Assembly (NCBI GenBank): GCA_002753495.1
Contig: PEAJ01000002.1
Coordinates: 1-42,242 of the forward strand
DNA: 42,242 nt
Origin: Magnetococcales bacterium HA3dbin3
Lineage (GTDB): Bacteria; Pseudomonadota; Magnetococcia; Magnetococcales; DC0425bin3
Reading direction: 5' to 3'
Every line of letters starts with the position of its first letter. Within the stretch, counting starts at the first letter, position 1. The notes under the pieces are model-generated. The model ran no database searches, was not told the origin of the DNA, and saw nothing but the letters and a program-made list of their open reading frames with translations. This document shows positions 1-10,300 of the stretch, one piece after another. The translations under genes were made by a program, and so were the position numbers.

Positions 1-251
1 GACCTCACCCAGCACCGTCACCTCGCGCCCAAACACCCCGCCGCGCATCGTACACGCAAACGGTTGTGGCCGGCAACCGGTTCTCTTGGCATGTTTTTGA
101 CTGAAAAGGCGTTGGCCTGCTCGGGAATTTTCCGTTTCGCGGTCGGAGGATTTTGTTATCATGACGCGGCTTCTGCTGGAGGATGGCGGGGTGGGGTGGG
201 TTTGCCGTGTTCGGCGGCCGATCGATCGGTAACGAAGAAAAAGGAGAGACG

Positions 252-1307
252 ATGGCTCTGGACAGCAACAAGGCACAGGCGTTGGACGCGGCCATGGCCC
301 AGATCGAGCGTCAGTTCGGCAAGGGCTCGATCATGCGCATGGACGGGGCGATTCAGGACCAGGTCCCGGTGATCCCGACCGGCTCCCTCGGCCTTGACAT
401 CGCGTTGGGGGTTGGCGGGTTGCCACGCGGCCGCGTGGTCGAGGTGTACGGCCCGGAGGCCTCTGGCAAGACGACGCTGGCCCTGCATGTCGCCGCCGAG
501 GTGCAGAAACAGGGGGGGGTTGCCGCCTTCGTTGACGCCGAGCACGCCCTCGACCCCGGCTACACGCGCAAGCTTGGCGTCAAGGTGGAGGAGCTGCTGA
601 TCTCGCAGCCTGACACCGGTGAACAGGCGCTGGAAATCACCGACATGCTCGTCCGTTCCGGTGCGGTCGACCTGGTGGTGGTCGATTCGGTTGCTGCCCT
701 GACGCCCAAGGCGGAACTGGAAGGGGAGATGGGGGATTCGCACATGGGCTTGCAAGCGCGGTTGATGTCGCAGGCACTGCGCAAGTTGACCGGCAGCATC
801 TCGCGTTCCAACTCGATTGTCCTGTTTATCAACCAGATCCGCATGAAAATTGGCGTCATGTTCGGCAATCCCGAAACCACCACCGGTGGTAATGCGCTTA
901 AATTCTATGCATCGGTGCGCCTTGATATCCGTCGGATCAACTCGATCAAGGAAAAAGAGGAGGTAGTCGGCAGCCGCTGCAAGGTGAAGGTGGTCAAGAA
1001 CAAGATGGCCCCGCCCTTCCGGACGACGGAGTTTGACATCACCCATGGCGAGGGCATTTCGCTCACCGGCGAGGTTTTGGATATGGCGGTTGAGGAAAAT
1101 ATCCTCGAAAAATCAGGTGCCTGGTATGCCTACAAGGGCGAGCGCATCGGCCAGGGACGGGAGAACGCCAAGCGCTATCTGCGTGAAAACGAGAGGTTGT
1201 GCCACGAGCTGGAGGATCGCCTGCGCGCTGCCCACGGACTCCCGCCCCTCTTCGGTGGAGAGGCTGCCGCGTCTTCGACGGCTGCCTCTGCCCAACCCGG
1301 AGGATGA
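252..1307 (+). CDS. recA: Recombinase RecA
   Basis: Lies in ORF-track frame 183..1307. The internal ATG at 252 follows AAGGAGAG (241-248). N-terminus [28 protein letters not shown] and Walker [10 protein letters not shown] are textbook RecA. About 351 aa. Confidence 0.97.
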   Translation: MALDSNKAQALDAAMAQIERQFGKGSIMRMDGAIQDQVPVIPTGSLGLDIALGVGGLPRGRVVEVYGPEASGKTTLALHVAAEVQKQGGVAAFVDAEHALDPGYTRKLGVKVEELLISQPDTGEQALEITDMLVRSGAVDLVVVDSVAALTPKAELEGEMGDSHMGLQARLMSQALRKLTGSISRSNSIVLFINQIRMKIGVMFGNPETTTGGNALKFYASVRLDIRRINSIKEKEEVVGSRCKVKVVKNKMAPPFRTTEFDITHGEGISLTGEVLDMAVEENILEKSGAWYAYKGERIGQGRENAKRYLRENERLCHELEDRLRAAHGLPPLFGGEAAASSTAASAQPGG

Positions 1308-1458
1308 TTTCGGCCGCCGGTTTCGCTTTCCCCGATTCTGACGCTGTTTTCCCCGCTTGACCGGGGGTGGTTACCCGCTTGATTCTTTGCGAAAGTAAGG
1401 GAAGATCGATATTTTCACCCCCTCCCCCATCGGGCTGATCCGGGAGGCTCCCATCCGG

Positions 1459-3699
1459 GTGGAGTTGGAGAGCCGTTACCTGGCCTACGCCCTGTCGACG
1501 ATCATCAGCCGTTCGTTGCCGGATGTTCGTGACGGTTTGAAGCCGGTGCATCGGCGCATCCTGTTTGCCATGCGGGCGCTGCATCTGGACCCGGGCGCGG
1601 GATTCAAGAAGTCGGCGCGGGTGGTGGGTGATGTCATCGGCAAGTTTCATCCGCACGGCGATCAGGCGGCCTACGAGGCGATGGTGCGTTTGGCGCAGGC
1701 GTTTGCCGTACGCTATCCGCTGGTCGATGGTCAGGGCAATTTTGGCAACATTGACGGCGATGGTGCCGCGGCGATGCGCTATACCGAGGCGCGTCTGACA
1801 AAAGTGGCACAAACTTTGCTTGAAGATCTCGACCAGGAAACGGTCTCTTTGGTCCCGACTTACGATGGTTCCCTGGAGGAGCCCACTGTCCTGCCAGCGC
1901 GCTTTCCAAACCTGCTGGCCAATGGCTCCACGGGCATTGCTGTGGGCATGTCCACGGCGATTCCCCCCCATAATGTTGGGGAGATTCTGACCGCCGCCTT
2001 ATTGTTGGTTCGCAAGCCCGAGGCGACGGTTGAGGAGTTGATGGCGTGTGTGCCCGGCCCGGATTTTCCGACTGGTGGGGTGCTCGTGGCGGACCGGGCG
2101 GAGGTTCGGGAGGCCTACGAGACGGGTCGCGGGTCGTTGCGGCTACGGGCACGCTGGGAGGTTGAGAAACTGCAACGTGGTGGTTGGCGGCTTGTGATCA
2201 CGGAGATTCCCTACCAGGTGCCCAAGGCGCGGCTCATCGAGCGGATCGCGCAGTTGATCGTCGAACGCAAGTCGCCGTTCTTGGCCGATGTGCGAGACGA
2301 ATCGGATGAGCGCCTGCGTATCGTCCTTGAGCCCAAGGGGCGGCAGATTGAACCAGAGAAGGTGATGGCCTACCTGTTCAAGAACACCGACCTCGAGGTG
2401 CGGGTGCCGGTCAACCTCAACGTGGTGACCGCCGAAGCCCGGCCTGAGGTGTTGAGCCTCAAGGGGTTGTTGCGGGCGTGGCTTGATCATCGGTTTCAGA
2501 TCAACGTGCGGCGCAGCCGCCACGAGCTGGAGCGGATTGGCGAGCGTCTGCACCAGTTGGCGGCATTTTTGACGGCCCATCTCAATATTGACGCTGTGAT
2601 CGCGATCATCAAGGAGCACGATGATCCCGCCCCGGTTCTTATGGCCCGCTTTGGTTTGGATGCCGGGCAAGCCGAGGCGGTGTTAAATCTCAGACTGCGG
2701 GCGTTGCGGCGTCTGGAGGAGCTGGCGATCCGTAAGGAGATGGTCGAGAAGGAGGCCCGGGCCGAGCTGCTGCGTGCCCTGCTTGCTGATGACAGGCAGA
2801 TGTGGGTGGTGATCCAGCAGGAGATCCAGAAGACGCGCAGGGAGTTTGCCGATGCGCGGCGCACCGAGCTGGGTGGGGTGCCACTGGAGATTGACCTACG
2901 ACCCGAGGAGTTGATTCAGCGTGAACCGCAAAGCGTTGTTCTGTCGCTCAAGGGGTGGGTCAAGGCGCTTAAAGGTCATGATGCCGACCTGGGACGGCAG
3001 CGCTTCAAGGGGGATGATGGTCTGCTGATGCAGATCAACGCCTTCTCTAATGACACCGTCACTTTTGTTACGGGTTCCGGGAGGATCTATTCCACGCTGG
3101 TCGACCGGTTGCCATCGGGGAAGGGGTTTGGCGATCCGCTGACGGTCATCTTCGAGATCGAAGGCGGTGATGTTGTTCAATGGGTCCTGGTTGTTGAAAG
3201 TGATCGGGAGTATTTTGTCGCCACCCGGCTTGGGCAGGGATTTCGCCTCAAGGGGAGCGATCTGGTTGCCAATCAGAGGAGCGGCAAGCAGGTTTTTGCC
3301 CTGGGTACGGACGATCAGATCCTTTCGATTCGCCCGGTGGAGGGGGCGTTGGTGGGGTCGATTTGTCGGGGGCGTCGTTTGCTGGTATGCCGTGTCGACG
3401 AATTTCCGGTTTTGTCGCGCGGCAAGGGGGTGCGCATCCAGCGGTTGCACGGGAGCGAGGCGTTGGTGGATGTCATCACCTTTTCCGCCGAGACTGGCTT
3501 TGTGCTTGATTCCGGGAAGCGCAGTCGCCAGGTGATTGACCTCGAAAGGTGGTTTGGTGCGCGAGGATCGCGTGGCGGGATGTTGCCGCACGGGTTTCTC
3601 GGTGGAGCGGTGTTCCAGGGTAGTGGTGTCTCCCCCGACCTTGCTGGCAGGGGGTTGACCGGAGACCTAGGCCTCGACGCGGAAGATCCGGGTGGCTGA
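1459..3699 (+). CDS. parC: DNA topoisomerase IV subunit A (GyrA/ParC family)
   Basis: Conserved blocks [21 protein letters not shown] and HPHGD, and catalytic Tyr context [10 protein letters not shown]. The 746-aa length fits ParC better than GyrA. The GTG start at 1459 leaves only 4 aa before the conserved RYL.YA block, so the start is uncertain. Confidence 0.85.
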   Translation: MELESRYLAYALSTIISRSLPDVRDGLKPVHRRILFAMRALHLDPGAGFKKSARVVGDVIGKFHPHGDQAAYEAMVRLAQAFAVRYPLVDGQGNFGNIDGDGAAAMRYTEARLTKVAQTLLEDLDQETVSLVPTYDGSLEEPTVLPARFPNLLANGSTGIAVGMSTAIPPHNVGEILTAALLLVRKPEATVEELMACVPGPDFPTGGVLVADRAEVREAYETGRGSLRLRARWEVEKLQRGGWRLVITEIPYQVPKARLIERIAQLIVERKSPFLADVRDESDERLRIVLEPKGRQIEPEKVMAYLFKNTDLEVRVPVNLNVVTAEARPEVLSLKGLLRAWLDHRFQINVRRSRHELERIGERLHQLAAFLTAHLNIDAVIAIIKEHDDPAPVLMARFGLDAGQAEAVLNLRLRALRRLEELAIRKEMVEKEARAELLRALLADDRQMWVVIQQEIQKTRREFADARRTELGGVPLEIDLRPEELIQREPQSVVLSLKGWVKALKGHDADLGRQRFKGDDGLLMQINAFSNDTVTFVTGSGRIYSTLVDRLPSGKGFGDPLTVIFEIEGGDVVQWVLVVESDREYFVATRLGQGFRLKGSDLVANQRSGKQVFALGTDDQILSIRPVEGALVGSICRGRRLLVCRVDEFPVLSRGKGVRIQRLHGSEALVDVITFSAETGFVLDSGKRSRQVIDLERWFGARGSRGGMLPHGFLGGAVFQGSGVSPDLAGRGLTGDLGLDAEDPGG

Positions 3700-3735
3700 A
3701 AGTGCGATTTTATGACGTGGAGAAATTGTTTTTGA

Positions 3736-3765
3736 TTGACATGGTGCGGCAAGTTTGGCTATGGT
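3736..3765 (+). promoter_or_regulatory. Candidate sigma70 promoter of the lipoprotein gene (TTGACA-N18-TATGGT)
   Basis: TTGACA at 3736-3741 and TATGGT at 3760-3765, 18 nt apart, in the lower-GC spacer about 200 nt upstream of ATG 3967. A 9-bp direct repeat ATGGTGCGG (3741-3749 and 3761-3769) overlaps both elements. Confidence 0.4.
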
Positions 3766-3966
3766 GCGGGGCGTCGCGGTGCTGTCGGACTGAGGCAAAG
3801 GAATGGTAGCGTTGTTTTTTTTGGAGATTGACGTGTACTGGTCCGCATTTGGAAGCCGCCACAAGCTTAAGGTCAACGTTGGCCGCGTGGGCTTCAACCC
3901 TTACCCTTGGTGACCTTCTCCAAGGACGGGATCAACCTGATTAAGAGATTGCGAGGAGTTTAAGAC

Positions 3967-5856
3967 ATGAAGCAGTGGGGGATGAAATCATTGGCCACGA
4001 AGGGCTCTTTGCTCGCGCTGGCAGGTATCTTCGCCGTTGGGGTTGTCGCCTGCGGCGGCGGTGGTGGCACGCCGATCAGCACCAGCACCGGCAGTGACAC
4101 GATCGCTGGTTCCGCGATCAAGGGTCCCTTGACCGGGTCGACGATCACCTACAACGGCTCCGTCCAGAGTGGCAAGAGCCCGAGCCACGGTTCGTACAGC
4201 TTTACCACGACCCGGCCTACCTCGGCGACCACCGCCTACCCGCTCACGTTCAGCGGCGGTACCGACGATGTGACCGGTGCCACCCCGATCATGGATCTGT
4301 CCACCCTGGTGACCAGCACCACCACCACCCTCAACGCCAACGCCATCACGACGATGATCGCGGCGGCGGCCCAAGCGAACGTCGGCACCGGTGGTACCAT
4401 CACCCTGACGGCGATCTCGACCGTGAAGGATATCGTGATCCGGACCTTCGGGTTTGGTGTTGACGGTGTGGCGAGCGGCGCTTCAACCTTCGATCCCTTC
4501 TCCGTCTCCACCTCAAGCCTGACCTCGCAGCAGGCGGGTGAGTATGCCATGGCGCTTGAGGCCTCCGGCGAGATGCTGCGCCGTATTCAGGCTGCCAACA
4601 CCTCCTGGAGCATGGCAACGATCATCAGCAACCTGGGCACCGAGCTGAAGGGTGGCGCCCTGCCGACCACGGCGACCAATGCTGCCTTCTACAATGCCCT
4701 GCAGATCTCCGCCGCCGCCATCTCGAACGAGGTCGTCAATCGTTCGCTGACCGTTGGCAGCAACGGCATCTCTCTGACCGCCATCGCTACGGCCTACGGC
4801 TCCTACCTTGGTGGTGTGACCCCGCTGCTGACCTCGGCTCTGGCTTCGACGTCGGCCTTCCTGGCTGCTCAGGTGAAGACTCTCTGGAGTGCCGCTGCCG
4901 CCATTCTTGGCACGACGAGCACCGACGGCGCCAAGTACTTGGCCGCTGCCGCTGCCCTGAGCACCACCTCGACTCTGGCTAACCTGCAGGCGCAGATTGC
5001 CAGCACCATCGGCACCTCCACCTCCGCGTTGGCCGCGACCGTGATCGCCACCTACGCCCAGCAGTCAGCCACGGCTGCCGCCGCGACGGCTGCTGCTGCC
5101 GCCGCTGCTGCGAACAAGGCGACGGTTGTCATGGTCGATGGCAGCACCTCCGGCATGCCTTCGGTCACCGACTATGGTCAGACCTCTGCCTACACGTTGA
5201 CCTCTGGCGGTCTGGCTGCTGGTGCCACGACCGGGGCTCCCTCGGTTCTGACCCTGAACCTGGCCTCCACCACCGGGACGATCAGCGCCGCCAACCTGAC
5301 TTCGCTCATGAGCACGAGCGCGGTGCCGACCGGTGCCACCGATCCCACGATCAACTTCAAGCTCTCCAACGTGCCGACCAGCTCCGGCACGGCGACGGTG
5401 ACCCTGCTCCTGAAGGATGGTTCCTCCTCCACCTGGACCTCCGGTCAGCGTTCTCTGAGCGTTTCCTACAAGGTCAACTACTCTGGTGATGGCAAGACCC
5501 TGACCCTGACGGTTCCTGCCAGCAGCACGGCCAGCGTGACCTACTACAACAGCACGGCCACCTCGGCTTCGACCGCAACGCTGTCAAACGCGGTTGCCGA
5601 TCAGCTGCTCGTCGTCAGCGGCGGCATCAGCAACAACCAGCAGAGTTCGACGTTGAAGGCGAAGATCTTTGCTCTGTTCACCAACTCGACCTTTGCCGCG
5701 CTCCTGAACAACGGTGCGACGGCTGCCGGCTCCTACTTCTACCAAGTGAAGGTTGTCGGTATGCCCCTGGGTTGGGATGCCAATGCCAATGGCACCATCG
5801 CCGACAGCGGCGATGGCCTGATTGATACGGTCCAGGGCACCTTCACGGTGAAGTAG
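3967..5856 (+). CDS. Ala/Thr/Ser-rich secreted lipoprotein, function unknown
   Basis: GAGGAG sits 8 nt upstream of the ATG. The signal peptide MKQWGMKSLATKGSLLALAGIFAVGVVAC ends in a lipobox-like VVAC followed by GGGGG. No further Cys. Strong GC3-biased codon usage. The C-terminal third has beta-rich alternating patterns. 629 aa. Confidence 0.8.
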   Translation: MKQWGMKSLATKGSLLALAGIFAVGVVACGGGGGTPISTSTGSDTIAGSAIKGPLTGSTITYNGSVQSGKSPSHGSYSFTTTRPTSATTAYPLTFSGGTDDVTGATPIMDLSTLVTSTTTTLNANAITTMIAAAAQANVGTGGTITLTAISTVKDIVIRTFGFGVDGVASGASTFDPFSVSTSSLTSQQAGEYAMALEASGEMLRRIQAANTSWSMATIISNLGTELKGGALPTTATNAAFYNALQISAAAISNEVVNRSLTVGSNGISLTAIATAYGSYLGGVTPLLTSALASTSAFLAAQVKTLWSAAAAILGTTSTDGAKYLAAAAALSTTSTLANLQAQIASTIGTSTSALAATVIATYAQQSATAAAATAAAAAAAANKATVVMVDGSTSGMPSVTDYGQTSAYTLTSGGLAAGATTGAPSVLTLNLASTTGTISAANLTSLMSTSAVPTGATDPTINFKLSNVPTSSGTATVTLLLKDGSSSTWTSGQRSLSVSYKVNYSGDGKTLTLTVPASSTASVTYYNSTATSASTATLSNAVADQLLVVSGGISNNQQSSTLKAKIFALFTNSTFAALLNNGATAAGSYFYQVKVVGMPLGWDANANGTIADSGDGLIDTVQGTFTVK

Positions 5857-5891
5857 TCCCGGGTCGTTCAGTACCTTCGTTCGGGTGTTTC

Positions 5892-5930
5892 GACGGGGGG
5901 CACGCTTTTGGCGTGTCCCCCGTCTCTTTT
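5892..5930 (+). terminator. Intrinsic terminator 1 after the lipoprotein gene
   Basis: GACGGGGGGCACGC (5892-5905) pairs with GCGTGTCCCCCGTC (5911-5924) with one G-T wobble, followed by TCTTTT. Confidence 0.7.
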
Positions 5931-5944
5931 GATGGTGCTGTCAG

Positions 5945-5977
5945 AAGGAGTGCGTTCAAGACGCGCTCCTTTTTTCT
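5945..5977 (+). terminator. Intrinsic terminator 2 (tandem)
   Basis: AAGGAGTGCG (5945-5954) pairs with CGCGCTCCTT (5962-5971) with one internal mismatch, followed by a T-run (TTTTTCTTT). Confidence 0.6.
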
Positions 5978-6007
5978 TTGACAACAATCTTCTTTCGCAT
6001 CCATGAT
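5978..6007 (+). promoter_or_regulatory. Candidate sigma70 promoter for the beta-barrel/OPX genes (TTGACA-N18-CATGAT)
   Basis: Perfect -35 TTGACA at 5978-5983 directly after the tandem terminators, with a weak -10 CATGAT at 6002-6007. If used, this excludes the ORF-track start at 6003. Confidence 0.35.
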
Positions 6008-6044
6008 CCCTCCCGCGAGTTGGGTGCATCAAGTGCGCGAGAGG

Positions 6045-7232
6045 ATGGTTCTTTCAATGTGGTGCGTGCAGATTCCAGGTGGCCATTTGGATAAGGTTTC
6101 CCATACACGGCGCCGGGCCGTTGGTCGTTGTCGTCTTTTGTTTGGCGCGGCGGCCCTGCTCTTTTGGGTGGTGGGCAGTTTTTCTGGAACGGTCTTGGCT
6201 GCTCCGCTCGATGAGTTCCTGACCGCGCAGCGTGGCTATCCACCGATGCATGGCGAGTTCGAGGTCAGCCTGGATATGATGAACGGGACTATCGATTTTG
6301 CCGATATCCGGGGAGGCAATGCCACCTACGCAGGCACCAACGTAGGCGACTACAAGGGAGCGCACATTTCTGGTGGTATTGCCCTGACGCACCGTTTGTG
6401 GATTGATGGCTCGTTGTGGAACCGTGTCTTGCAGACGCCACAGGAGTCGATGGACATTTTCAGCTGGCACGCGGGTATACAGTATCAGATGACGGTGAAT
6501 CTTGGTTACCTGCCAGCCTTGGCGGTCCGCTTCAGTGGTTGGGGGAACTCCGCCAAGGATGCCCGCAAGGGAACGTCGTCCTCTCTCGGCAATGTTCCGG
6601 TTAACGAAGTGGATGTTAAGAGTCCTGATGACAAACAAATGCAATTGGACTTGATCGGGACCTGGAATATCAGCGAGAAGGATACCGTTTCGCTGTTTGT
6701 CGGCGGCGGGACGAGTGATGTCAATTTCAAGGAGCTTTTCGCCAGCATGGGGAAAGGGTGCCAATACCGGGTCGGGTCTCCCTCCAGGTATGAATTGACT
6801 GGCGAACTTGTCTCGGGGGACCCTGGGGAGTGTCAGGTGTTGTCGTTTGATCTTAACAGCCCGACCCCCAAATATCCGGGGCCGGATATGTTCAGGATTC
6901 GGTATCAAGCCTCGTATTATCATATTGGTGGCATGTATCAATGGTTCAACGACGCGTGGCGGGTTCGCCTCGGAACCAGATACGAGAGGATCAGTCGGGA
7001 TGGTGTGGATGATGATCTTCGGGATGCGGGTCTTCCGTCCTTCGATTCCAGTCTTACGGCTACCGGCGAGGTTGGTTACAAGGTATACAAAAGTTACGCC
7101 CTTTTCTTGCGTGCACAGGTCATGAACCACCAGCTTCTCGGCGAGATACCGTTTTCCTACAATCGGTTTACGTCATCGAAGTTTGACCAGCAATACGGTC
7201 TGGTGAACTTTGGCATCCAGGGCGGGTTTTGA
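6045..7232 (+). CDS. Outer-membrane beta-barrel protein, family not recognised
   Basis: Signal peptide RRRAVGRCRLLFGAAALLFWVVGSFSGTVLA/AP. Alternating hydrophobic beta-strand patterns throughout. The terminal ...LVNFGIQGGF ends in aromatic Phe, as is typical of BAM substrates. One Cys pair (GKGC...GEC). Start is uncertain: ATG 6045, ATG 6057 or TTG 6087. Confidence 0.7.
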   Translation: MVLSMWCVQIPGGHLDKVSHTRRRAVGRCRLLFGAAALLFWVVGSFSGTVLAAPLDEFLTAQRGYPPMHGEFEVSLDMMNGTIDFADIRGGNATYAGTNVGDYKGAHISGGIALTHRLWIDGSLWNRVLQTPQESMDIFSWHAGIQYQMTVNLGYLPALAVRFSGWGNSAKDARKGTSSSLGNVPVNEVDVKSPDDKQMQLDLIGTWNISEKDTVSLFVGGGTSDVNFKELFASMGKGCQYRVGSPSRYELTGELVSGDPGECQVLSFDLNSPTPKYPGPDMFRIRYQASYYHIGGMYQWFNDAWRVRLGTRYERISRDGVDDDLRDAGLPSFDSSLTATGEVGYKVYKSYALFLRAQVMNHQLLGEIPFSYNRFTSSKFDQQYGLVNFGIQGGF

Positions 7233-7258
7233 AGGATACGTGATGACAGAGAAAGCCT

Positions 7259-7273
7259 TGGCAGGGGCGTTGC
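7259..7273 (+). promoter_or_regulatory. Candidate sigma54 -24/-12 element (TGGCAG-N5-TTGC)
   Basis: TGGCAGgggcgTTGC with the correct 5-nt spacing, 48 nt upstream of the OPX ATG at 7322. This is a single match to a short consensus. Confidence 0.25.
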
Positions 7274-7321
7274 CCCCTGGTAGGATCCGAGGTCCGGTTC
7301 CGACTGCGAAAACGGTTCAGC

Positions 7322-10300
7322 ATGCGTAGCAGACTTTGTCGAGTCATTCAAGTGGCCGTGCTCCTGTTGGTCTCCTCCGGCTTCGGTGGGGCGAAGGCGG
7401 AAGACCTCGGCGGGAACGACGCCCTGATGGGAGCGCTGCGGGCGAACCAGAAGCGGGCGGAGTTGCTTGGTACGGCCTCGGGGGTTCTTCCGGGTGGGTT
7501 GTCGGCTGCCCCCTTGAATGGCGAGCAGGGTGAAGGACAACCTGCTAGCTCCGCTGCCGACCAGAATCGGGAGCTGCATGATCTGATCAAGAGAAATCAG
7601 GAGCAGTCCGAGAATCCGCTCAGCCGTGTTCATCCTGCTCGCCTGCTTCCGCCGGAACCGGCTCCGCTCCCCAGACGGGGTAAGGTGGACGGAAAATCCC
7701 GGTTTTCCCAGGGACGCGGGAGTGGGCGCGACGAACTTTTTCCGGATGTGACGCGGGATGTTCTTCGAGACAGATTGCGCGATCAGGAAAAACCACCTGT
7801 ACCGCAACCACTCAAACAGTTCGGCTACGACCTTTTTGAACGGGTTCCCTCGACCTTTGCGCCGGTAACGAATGTCCCGATACCCGCCGATTATATCGTT
7901 GGCCCCGGCGACACGATTCAGATACAGCTTACCGGGAAGGAGTTCAAAAATTTTGTCGCCAAGGTCAACCGGGATGGGATGATTGATTTTCCTGGTATTG
8001 GCCTTGTTCCGGTTGCGGGTGTTTCGTTTCTTGAGTTGAAGGGGTTGCTTACCGAGCGGGTCAAGGCTCAGCTGATCGGAATGGAACTCAGTCATGTGAC
8101 GCTGGGAACCTTGCGCTCGATTCGCGTGTTCATCCTGGGTGACGTTCTGCGCCCCGGTGCTTTTACCGTGGGCGCTCTTTCCACCATGGTCAACGCCTTG
8201 TTTGCCAGCGGTGGCGTGACGCCAATGGGGTCGTTGCGCCGGGTCCAGCTGAAGAGAAAAGACCAGTTGGTGACGACGCTGGATCTTTACGATCTGCTTT
8301 TGGAAGGCAATGCCAACAACGATACCCGCCTGCAGGATGGCGACGTGCTGTTTGTGCCGCCGATTGGGTCCACGGTTGGTGTCGAGGGCGATGTACACCG
8401 CCCCGGCATTTTCGAACTGAAAGATGAAAAAAGCGTCCAGGAAGTCCTGAAAATGGCAGGTGGGTTTCTCCCTTCCGCCTTCAAGAAGGGTGTGCAGCTC
8501 GAACGCATCCAGGAGGGGAAAGGGCGGCAGATTCTGGCTTTGGACCTCAGCCGGGGTGCGTTGTCGAAGACTCGAGTTCAAAACGGCGATACCCTCCGTG
8601 TCCAGTCGGTTCTGGAGAAGATGGACGATGTCGTCACCCTCTCCGGTCACGTCGAGCGCCCGGGACCTTACCAGTGGCGACGGGGCTTGCGTTTGACTGA
8701 TGTCATTCCTTCCGCCCGGGCCTTGCAAGAGAATCCGGACCTCGGCTACGTCTTGATCCGGCGCGAAATTGACGAGGGGCAGCGTTGGAAATTTTTGATC
8801 ACCCGGCTTGATCAACCCCTTGCCAACCGTGCCTCTGCCCAAAACACTTTGCTCGAACCTCGTGACGAGATTTTGGTTTTGGGCCTTAACGAAGATCGGG
8901 CAAAAACTCTTGAACCCTGGATCACGGAGCTGCGGCGTCAGACACCGTCCGACCAGCTGGAACCGATCGTCGGTGTCGCCGGTAATGTACGCTATCCGGG
9001 GATCTATCCGTTCGCCCAGGGTATGCGCGTGTCGGAGCTCATCCGCTCTGCTGCGGAAACCCTGCCAGGGACCGACCTCGACTATGCCCTTTTGGTGCGC
9101 GTTCTGGACAAGGATGGCCGAATTGCTCCCTTCTCCGTGCGCTTGCGTGATCTGCTGGGTAACGAAGGGTCGCCGGGCGATATATTGGTCCGACCTGAAG
9201 ACAGATTGCTCGTGTTTGCCAGCAGCAGTTACTTCGAGGAGTACGGTCGCAACCGCAGCCGCAAGGGGCTCTTCTTCCGTGATCTCAAATCCCCCGGGCA
9301 GGGTGAAGCACCGGATCGAAAAGTGGCCAAGGACTCAAAGCAGGGACCCTTCAGCGGGGCTGTGGATGTTACCTCGACGCGCATTGAGGAGTTCTACGCA
9401 AACCGGAATGCGCCCAAAGGCGAGACGGAGCGTGCCTCGGCCGCGCAGCGCGTGGACCCCTCGCCTGGTCGTGGCTACAGTGGAGGACCTCTCGGGCGCG
9501 ACGGCTTGTCGGAAGAGCAACGCCTGTTGCTGTTGAGACAGGGTAAGGGTGGGGATGGGTACCCTGATGCGGCGGATGCGGAACCGGATGTCCCCGTCGA
9601 ACAATCCTCCTTCGGTCAGTTCAACCAGCGTGAGCGCTTCAAGCAGTTCCGTAAGGACGTAGCCGCGCTTCCGGCGTTCATGACCGGCACTCCGATCAAG
9701 GAGGAGGCCGGGATCATGCCGAAGGACAAGGAGGAGAGCAGTACGCCGAGCAAGGAGGATAGGATGAAATTCTCCTTCCTCAGGGTGCCGGTCAATTCAC
9801 CCGAGCTGGCCGATCACTTCTATAACTGGTCACAGCGTACCCGCGAAGGGTTGTTGAAGCCGGTTCTGGACCAGCTGCAGGCCCAGGCGACGTTTTCGCA
9901 GCCCTCCCGCATCGTGTCGGTTGCGGGCATGGTGCGTTTTCCAGGGAAGTACCCCCTGGAGGAGGGCATGCATATCAGCGACCTCATTCGTGCTGGCGGC
10001 TGGATGGCGGAGCCAGCCTACTCCCTGGACGCGGAGGTTACCCGCTACTTCGTTATCGATCAGAAAAACCGGGAAATCAAGCATCTGAAGGTTGTTCTCG
10101 GCGACGTTCTTTCCGGTGCGCCCTCTGCTGACTTTAGTCTGCAACCGTTTGACTCGCTGACAATCAAGCCCATTCCAAACTGGACCGACACCATGCAGCA
10201 GGTTTCGGTGCAAGGAGAAGTTCGTTTTCCAGGCGTCTATCCCGTGCGCAAGGGGGAAACGCTTAAGCAGTTGATCGAGCGTGCCGGGGGACTTACGGAG

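Noticed and set aside
1-48. Possible 5' end of a minus-strand gene running off the left edge (reverse-complement ATG near 48 giving MRGGVFGREVTVLGEV).
   Set aside because: Only 16 codons are visible and no motif is recognisable. This is insufficient evidence.
61-83. Small hairpin CGGTTG-N7-CAACCG followed by a T-rich stretch upstream of recA.
   Set aside because: The stem is only 6 bp. It could be a terminator of an unseen upstream gene or nothing at all, and it cannot be assigned.
209-223. GTTC-N7-GATC upstream of recA, resembling the alphaproteobacterial LexA direct-repeat box GTTC-N7-GTTC. I also looked for CCT-N10-AGG and CTGT-N8-ACAG type boxes.
   Set aside because: There is one mismatch in a very short motif, the lineage (and hence the relevant LexA motif) is unknown, and no CCT-N10-AGG or E. 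coli-type box is present. It cannot be supported without comparative data.
512-519. G8 homopolymer inside recA (codons cag ggg ggg gtt), a potential slippage or phase-variation tract.
   Set aside because: The frame is intact and the encoded QGGV fits the RecA alignment position. There is no evidence of variability from a single sequence. Similar G7-G8 runs occur elsewhere in this GC-rich DNA (13452-13459 and 36618-36625).
1805-1819. Perfect sigma54 consensus TGGCAC-N5-TTGC.
   Set aside because: It lies well inside the parC coding sequence with no downstream gene start. It is most likely a chance match.
7157-8842. Long minus-strand ORFs antisense to confident plus-strand genes: 7157..8842, 11028..13094, 19386..21617, 22176..23678, 14901..16148 and 17115..18578.
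   Set aside because: Their translations are Arg/Gly/Pro/His-rich with no recognisable motifs, which is typical of shadow ORFs in GC-rich DNA. Each is fully overlapped by a plus-strand gene with textbook signatures.
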